Of a DNA stretch of 64,000 nucleotides, positions 58,859-64,000 are shown piece by piece. The stretch lies in the NCBI RefSeq assembly GCF_009914755.1, contig NC_060942.1, one strand, 5' to 3'. The stretch is from the human T2T-CHM13v2.0 reference genome, Homo sapiens. A program made the translations under genes and the position numbers. The notes under the pieces are model-generated. The model was not told where the DNA came from and did no database searches. It saw only the letters and a list, made by a program, of their open reading frames with translations. Within the stretch, counting starts at the first letter, position 1. The number at the start of each line of letters is the position of its first letter.

Positions 58859-59611
58859 TCAGATGGAGCAGGGATGCTCTTAGAGGGCTGTGGGACTCCC
58901 ACACTAAACATGGAAATAAAGGAAAATCTTGAGCTCCTCCAAAGGGAATTCCAGATACTTAGTGAACTCTGAGAAGTAAATGAGCAGCTTGATAAGCAAG
59001 AAGGTAATCGTAGCTTAAAATAGCCAAGGAAGTTAGAATCATGTGATGTTAGGCCCTATGAAAACTAAAGACAACACCTTAACAAATGCCCCTGAGTTGT
59101 TTTCCAAAAACTTGGATTCCCTCCAAGCAGATCCACTGGCATGTAGACCTCAGATAAAAGGGAACAGAGGACGGAACTGTGACTACTGTTGTAAATTTGT
59201 TTCTGAAGGGACTGGAGAAAATCACATCCATGAGCCAGAGCTAACAGTCTTTTATGATGACCCCAAATTTTTTAACAAAGCTTCTCTTCCTTAGCTAATT
59301 CAAATCAGCAAACCTTTGAATTTAGCTATGACCTGTAAGCCCCCGCTTCAAGATATCCTGCCCTCATAGGCCAAACCAATGTGTAACCTCAAGGTACCAA
59401 TTTACAATTTTGTCTGTAACTTTTGCTTTCCTGAAATTTATCCCTGCTTTAAAACATCCGACCTGCAAGCCACTGGGGAGGTTGAGTCTTAAGCGTGAAC
59501 TTCCCTATTTTCCTTGCTTGGCACCCTACAAATAAACACACTTTTCTCCCACTGCAAACCACAGTGTGGATATTTGGCCTTACTCCACCAGGCCAGTTTG
59601 GTTTGGTAAGA
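58859..59611 (+). mobile_element. MER39-like ERV1 solo LTR
   Basis: AGATGGAGCAGGGA..CATGGAAATAAAGGAAAATCTTGAG..GTAGACCTCAGATAA..AATAAA..TTGGTAAGA; 4-bp TSD AGGT 58855-58858 / 59612-59615. Confidence 0.8.
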
Positions 59612-59816
59612 AGGTAACTATGTGTTTAAATTTTGAAGAAACTTCCAAATAGTTTTTCAAAGTGGCTGCATATTGCATTCCCACCAGCAATGTTTCAAAG
59701 TGGCTGCATATTGCATATTGCATATTGCATTCCCACCAGCAATGTTTGAGAGTCTCTGTTGCTTTACATTCTTGTTAACACTTTATATTGCCATTTTGTT
59801 TTAAAATAGCCCTTCT

Positions 59817-60155
<339 letters not shown>

Positions 60156-60675
60156 CTAATGTCTGTTGATGTTAGTCACATTTTCTTGTGCTTATTTGAC
60201 ACATATCTCTTTTGTAATGAAAAGTTCATTCAAATTATCTGCCCATTTTGGTTTAGGTTGTTTTATTATTGTTAAAATATGGCAGTTGTTTATATATTCT
60301 GAATATTAGTCCTTTATCAGATTTTTTTTTTTTGCAAATATTTTCTCCAATATTGACTTGTCTTATTTTAACAGGGACTTTCAAAGAGTAGAACATTTTA
60401 ATTTCAACGAAGTCTAATTTATTTATGTTTTCTTTTATGGTTTATGTTTTTTGTGTCCTATCTTTAAAAAAACTTTGCTTAGCCTACAATCAAAAAATGT
60501 CTTCTATGATTTTTGATAAAAGTTTGATTAGAGTTTTAGGTTTTACAATTAGATATAGGGTCTACTTTGAGTTAATTTTTATAAATGGTGTGAGGTATAG
60601 GTTAAGATTTCTATTTTTTTAATATGGATGCACAATTTTTCCAGTAACATTTTTTGAAAACACTACCACTTGTTC

Positions 60676-61424
<749 letters not shown>

Positions 61425-61695
61425 GTTCAATGAATAGTTTATGAATGGTTCATTGATAGTTCCTTGGTATATTTGTCAAAAATCAGTTGATCATATATGT
61501 ATTGGCCTATTTCTAGGCTATTTTTTCCCATTCATCTATGTATTTACCCTTTGCTAATGCCTTGCTGTCTTTACTACTATAGTTTTTTAGTAAGAATTGA
61601 AATTAGGCAACATTAGTTCTCCAATTTTGTTGTTTTTTATTTGGTTCTTCTATCCCCTTTGTTTTTCAGCATAAATTTTAGAATCCACTTGTTGA

Positions 61696-62080
<385 letters not shown>

Positions 62081-63054
62081 AATGTTAAGTTTTACAATTA
62101 ATAAGTCTGGCTTATCTCACCATTTATTGAAGTTTTATTTGATGTTTATTTATGTTGTATAATTTTTAACATACAAAATATCCACAAACATTATGAGATT
62201 TACCCTTAAGTAGTTCCTTTTGGAAGGTATTACTTTAAATATTACTTTTAAATTACAGTGCAATTTGCAATTATTTCTAGGTAGCATATATAAATTCAAT
62301 AGAATTTTTGGTGTTTCTGCTGACTTTATATCCTACAACTTAGCTGAACTCAATAGATCTACTCTTTTTAGTACAGATTATTTGGGATTTCTACATGGAC
62401 ATATTATCTGAAAATCAAGGCAGTTTTATTTATACATTTCCAATCTGTGTGTCTTTTATAAATTTTCTTTTTCACATTACTGTGCTGGCTAGGACTTGCA
62501 GTATAATGTTGAATAGCAGTGGTGAGAACAGATACTCCTGCCTTTTTTCCAATCTTTGGGGTAAAATCTTCAGTCTTGCACTCCTAAAGTATGACGTTAG
62601 TTGTTGGTTTTCAAAAATGCCATATGAGTTTGAAGAATTTCTCTTCTATTCGTAGTCTGCTGAGAGGTATTATGAAAGAATGTTGAATTTTGCCAAATGC
62701 ATGCTTTTCATCTGAGATGATTCTATGGTTTTTCTTCTTCTGTCTGTTGATATGGTGAATTACATAACTCATAATTCCACCAATCCCAGAAATAAAAACC
62801 ATCTGTATTTTCATAAATTTCCTTCCAATCTTTAATCTCTAAATATAACTTATTGACTAAAATAGAAAAATAGTATTATATAATAATAACAGTATTTACA
62901 TACTTCTTTCTCAACATTTTATTTGAGATATTTCATGTTATCGAACTTTAAGAACACAATTCTTATGGCTGAATAAAAGCCCATCCTATGTATGCACCAT
63001 AATAATAATAATCATAAAAAATTATAATTATAATAATTCAAATAATAACTTTTT

Positions 63055-63275
63055 GTAGCAATTACTGTTAAGTACCATTGCATATATCAATATTTTACCC
63101 TAATAAGTCTGTGAGGCAGGTATCATTATTATGATGATGATTATGCTAATTTTAGAGCTAAGAAAACAGACACAGAGAGGTTAGAGACCTGTCTCCGGGT
63201 CTCGTAGCTAGTAAGTAGTGGAACCTGACTTCTGGCTCTGTAGACTGTAGTCTTTTCTACATTATACTGTTTATT
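63055..63275 (-). mobile_element. MIR
   Basis: CTGTGAGGCAGGTATCATTATT..TTTTAGAGCTAAGAAAACAGACACAGAGAGGTTA..GCTAGTAAGTAGTGGAACC. Confidence 0.75.
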
Positions 63276-64000
63276 TTGTCACTCTACAGTACACATGTTC
63301 TTACTGTAGCACTGCCTAATAGATAATGCTATGCTAAATACAATTGATATTAATTCTTTACCTGTATATATCACTATATTTCTAGATTCATAAATTGGGG
63401 CTAAGAGGTCAAGGTTTTGGGTCAAAAAGTATAGATTCTTCAAGGAGACTTGATGCACACTGCTTAATTGCTTTTCTGAAATTAGTTCTATCAATACGTA
63501 GGAATACTGCAATCTAACAAAGATCAGCTTTTTTATTTTGTTAATTTTTGATAGGTGAAAAATAACAGGATTTTTTTTCATGTTTAATGTTTCGTATGTT
63601 TGTTATTCATTCGTGTTTATGTTTCCTGTCTATTATTTGTGATTTTTTCCAATATTTAGTGTGTTCAGATTTGAATAAAAATTTTATGTATCAAATGAAA
63701 AATTTGTTCTCAACATTCTGTTTTACATTTTCTTTGCTTGTTCTTTATGTTTTCTTCTTATTTTTTTGGACAATGGTTTTAAAGTCAAATAAATTTTTCA
63801 TTTGTATCTTATTCCTCATAGAGATGATCAGAAGGTCTTTGCTGAGTCAGTATTAGATCACATATATCTATATATTTTATTCAAGTATTTCATAGTTTTA
63901 AAAAATTAATGTAAAATTTATCTAATTGTATGAATTGAGAAAGTAATTTGGCTTTTTTCTAAATAACAAATCAATATTCTGGTATCATGATTCTATAATT

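Overview
AT-rich, transposon-dense great-ape (most likely human) genomic DNA, intronic or intergenic. I can recognise no host protein-coding gene, RNA gene or CRISPR array. The main elements are: (i) a full-length but dead L1PA2-type LINE-1 (52036-58096, +, 17-bp TSD); (ii) directly upstream, an apparently full-length ~8-kb old L1MA2-like element with a triplicated 5'UTR unit and a still-visible TSD; (iii) a small 5'-truncated SVA with a precise twin-priming-type 5' inversion (18579-18935); (iv) two nested clusters of L1M, LTR and Alu insertions (1.2-11.6 kb and 58.3-62.8 kb). Many Alu, MIR, L2, MER and MaLR/ERV LTR relics fill the rest. Almost all listed ORFs are repeat-derived or chance. The best lead is a 66-bp minus-strand exon-like cassette (51900-51965) just downstream of the L1PA2 antisense promoter and phase-compatible with an ORF0 splice donor. 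I see no convincing evidence of a wholly new biological system. Subfamily names come from my recall of consensus sequences and need RepeatMasker/Dfam confirmation.
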